The translations under genes and the position numbers were made by a program. Below are positions 62,301-64,000 of a DNA stretch of 64,000 nt, piece by piece. The stretch spans positions 62,001-126,000 of the forward strand of contig CAXHJY010000746.1 of the NCBI GenBank assembly GCA_964016885.1, written 5' to 3'. The stretch's first letter is position 1. Each line of letters starts with the position of its first letter. Source of the DNA: Eledone cirrhosa. Taxonomy: Eukaryota. The notes beneath the pieces are model-generated. The model saw nothing but the letters and a program-made list of their open reading frames with translations, made no database searches and was not told the DNA's origin.

Positions 62301-63872
62301 GGTGTGGTGTTGGTGGTGCGGTGTGGTTTGGTGTAGTGTGGTGTGGTGTGGTGTGGTGGTGGTGTAGTGTGGTGGTGGTGTAGTATGTGGTGTGGTGGTG
62401 GTGTAGTGTGGTGGTGGTGTGGTGTAGTGTAGTGTGTAGTGTGGTGTAGTGCAGTGTAGTGTGTGTAGTGTGGTGGTGTGGTGATGTTCATGCCAGGACT
62501 ACACAGTGTTGTGGTGTGTTGTAGTTTCATATGAACAAATAGAGGATATACTGGTGTCGATGTGATGTGATGTTGTGGTGTTCATGCCAAGCCACTTAAC
62601 TACACAATGTCATGTGATGTTGTGGTGTTCATGCCAAGCCACTTAACTACACAATGTCATGTGATGTTGTGGTGTTCATGCCAAGACACTTCCCTACACA
62701 ATGTCATGTGATGTTGTGGTGTTCATGCCAAGCCACTTCCCTACACAATGTCATGTGATGTTGTGGTGTTCATGCCAAGCCACTTAACTACACAATGTCA
62801 TGTGATGTTGTGGTGTTCATGCCAAGCCACTTAACTACACAATGTCATGTGATGTTGTGGTGTTCATGCCAAGCCACTTCCCTACACAAAGTCATGTGAT
62901 GTTGTGGTGTTCATGCCAAGCCACTTAACTACACAATGTCATGTGATGTTGTGGTGTTCATGCCAAGCCACTTAACTACACAATGTCATGTGATGTTGTG
63001 GTGTTCATGCCAAGCCACTTCCCTACACAAAGTCATGTGATGTTGTGGTGTTCATGCCAAGCCACTTCCCTACACAATGTCATGTGATGTTGTGGTGTTC
63101 ATGCCAAGCCACTTAACTGCACAACGTGAAGCTGTGCTGTGATGTGGTGTGGTGTGGTGTTCATGTGGCAATGTCATGTGATGTTGTGGTGTTCATGCCA
63201 AGCCACTTACCCAGAGGATGTAACAGCAAGACAGGCTTCTCATATCCTCTCTCTGTCAACTTCCGTTTAGTGTCGTCCATGAGGAGAGCGTGGCCGTTGT
63301 GGATTGGGTTCCGTAGCTGGAACGCAAAGATGGCATCAGCCTGGAAATAGATGGAGTGGAGTGTGAGTGGAGGTTTCGAGTGGAGTGTGAGTGGAGGTTT
63401 GGGGTGGAGTGTGAGTGGAGGTTTGGGGTGGAGTGTGAGTGGAGGTTTGGAGTGGAGTGTGAGTGGAGGTTTGGGGTGGAGTGGAGTGTGAGTGGAGGTT
63501 TGGAGTGGAGTGTGAGTGGAGGTTTGGAGTGGAGTGGAGTGTGAGTGGAGGTTTGGGGTGGAGTGTGAGTGGAGGTGTATAGTGTGAATAGAGGGAGGAA
63601 TGAGTGGAGGTTTGAAGTGGAGTGCGGACTGGAGGTTGGTGGTTGGAGTGGAGGTGGGTTCCTGTGAGAGCCCCCCCACCCCCCGGGGTGTGAGGTGAGG
63701 GAGGGGACCAACGGCAGCTAAGCCCCGAAACACAACTCACCTTCATTGCAACAAACTTTGCCCTCAGTTCCTTGGGTGTGAGGCGGTAACCATCCAACCC
63801 GTCGTTCCATGTGATGCGCTCAAGGACCTCCAGGTCTCCCCCAGCTAACCAGTCTCCGCTCTCAAATATCAT
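56069..63872 (-). CDS. PAPSS: Bifunctional PAPS synthase, 3' part (ATP sulfurylase domain), 5'-truncated by the window; join(63872..63741,63340..63211,60640..60498,59991..59866,56314..56069)
   Basis: Diagnostic PAPSS motifs are present: [37 protein letters not shown] (HxGH), [53 protein letters not shown] and [23 protein letters not shown]. Introns are GT-AG and in phase. Confidence 0.96.
56341..58960 (+). repeat. G-rich minisatellite of about 33 bp containing telomeric TTAGGG, about 80 copies
   Basis: Unit GGGATA(G/A)GGCAGAGTGGAGTTAGGGTTAGGGTA. Confidence 0.95.
59045..59815 (-). mobile_element. SINE family B with an internal unit of about 40 bp amplified about 16 times
   Basis: Tail at 59045, repeats cccagtgtattactggtactttattttaccgacc at 59077-59700, head to about 59815. 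Confidence 0.85.
59866..59991 (-). CDS. PAPSS: PAPSS exon (VQWHAKAR...PTHGAK)
   Basis: 126 nt, tccag acceptor, gtaagc donor. Confidence 0.95.
60498..60640 (-). CDS. PAPSS: PAPSS exon ([11 protein letters not shown]...YAGPTE)
   Basis: 143 nt, ctaacag acceptor, gtaagt donor, phase 1/0. Confidence 0.95.
60587..62240 (-). repeat. Tandem array of PAPSS acceptor plus the first 54 exon nt plus a (CACAC)n linker, 13 copies including the real exon
   Basis: Counted 13 ggtccagcctcctgttagtggagaggagagaggttatag cores. Confidence 0.95.
62573..63210. repeat. 47-bp minisatellite, about 12 copies, anchored at a PAPSS donor
   Basis: Unit atgtcatgtgatgttgtggtgttcatgccaagccactt(aa/cc)ctacaca. Confidence 0.9.
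63211..63340 (-). CDS. PAPSS: PAPSS exon ([17 protein letters not shown]...LLLHPL)
   Basis: 130 nt, ttccag acceptor, gtaagt donor. Confidence 0.95.
63352..63580. repeat. G-rich repeat of about 24-29 bp abutting a PAPSS acceptor
   Basis: gagtgtgagtggaggtttggggtg. Confidence 0.85.
63741..63872 (-). CDS. PAPSS: PAPSS exon (MIFESGDWL...KFVAMK)
   Basis: 132 nt, tttcag acceptor, gtgagt donor. Confidence 0.95.
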
Positions 63873-64000
63873 CTGAAACAGGCCACAATAATAATAATAA
63901 TAATAATAATAGTAAGGGTTATATATATATATATATATACATGTATATATATATATATATACATGTATATATAAGAACAAGTAGGACCCCGACGGCTGAG

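Overview
This is eukaryotic genomic DNA, most likely from an octopod cephalopod (inferred from the SINE families, (TA)n density and gene content). All three protein-coding genes are on the minus strand, and I reconstructed them by hand from GT-AG boundaries with consistent phases. They are (1) a complete 6-coding-exon ependymin-related protein of about 220 aa (10404..4206), (2) a complete 15-coding-exon SLC38A10/SNAT10-like amino-acid transporter of about 859 aa with a polyQ/repeat tail (36816..16034), and (3) the last five exons of PAPS synthase, covering the ATP-sulfurylase domain (63872..56069). Introns and intergenic DNA consist mostly of microsatellites, minisatellites, two tRNA-derived SINE families, LINE fragments (CR1, RTE, CRE-like), MITEs and fold-back palindromes. 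Nearly all long ORFs in the supplied track are repeat artefacts. The most unusual structures involve splice sites. Twelve intact tandem copies of a PAPSS 3' splice site plus 54 nt of exon lie upstream of the real exon. Donor-anchored arrays have the GT broken in every extra copy. Two acceptors are preceded by multi-kb AG-free arrays, one built from telomeric TTAGGG. Also notable are a SINE with an internal VNTR of 1-26 units and recurrent fold-backs with loops of about 20 nt.
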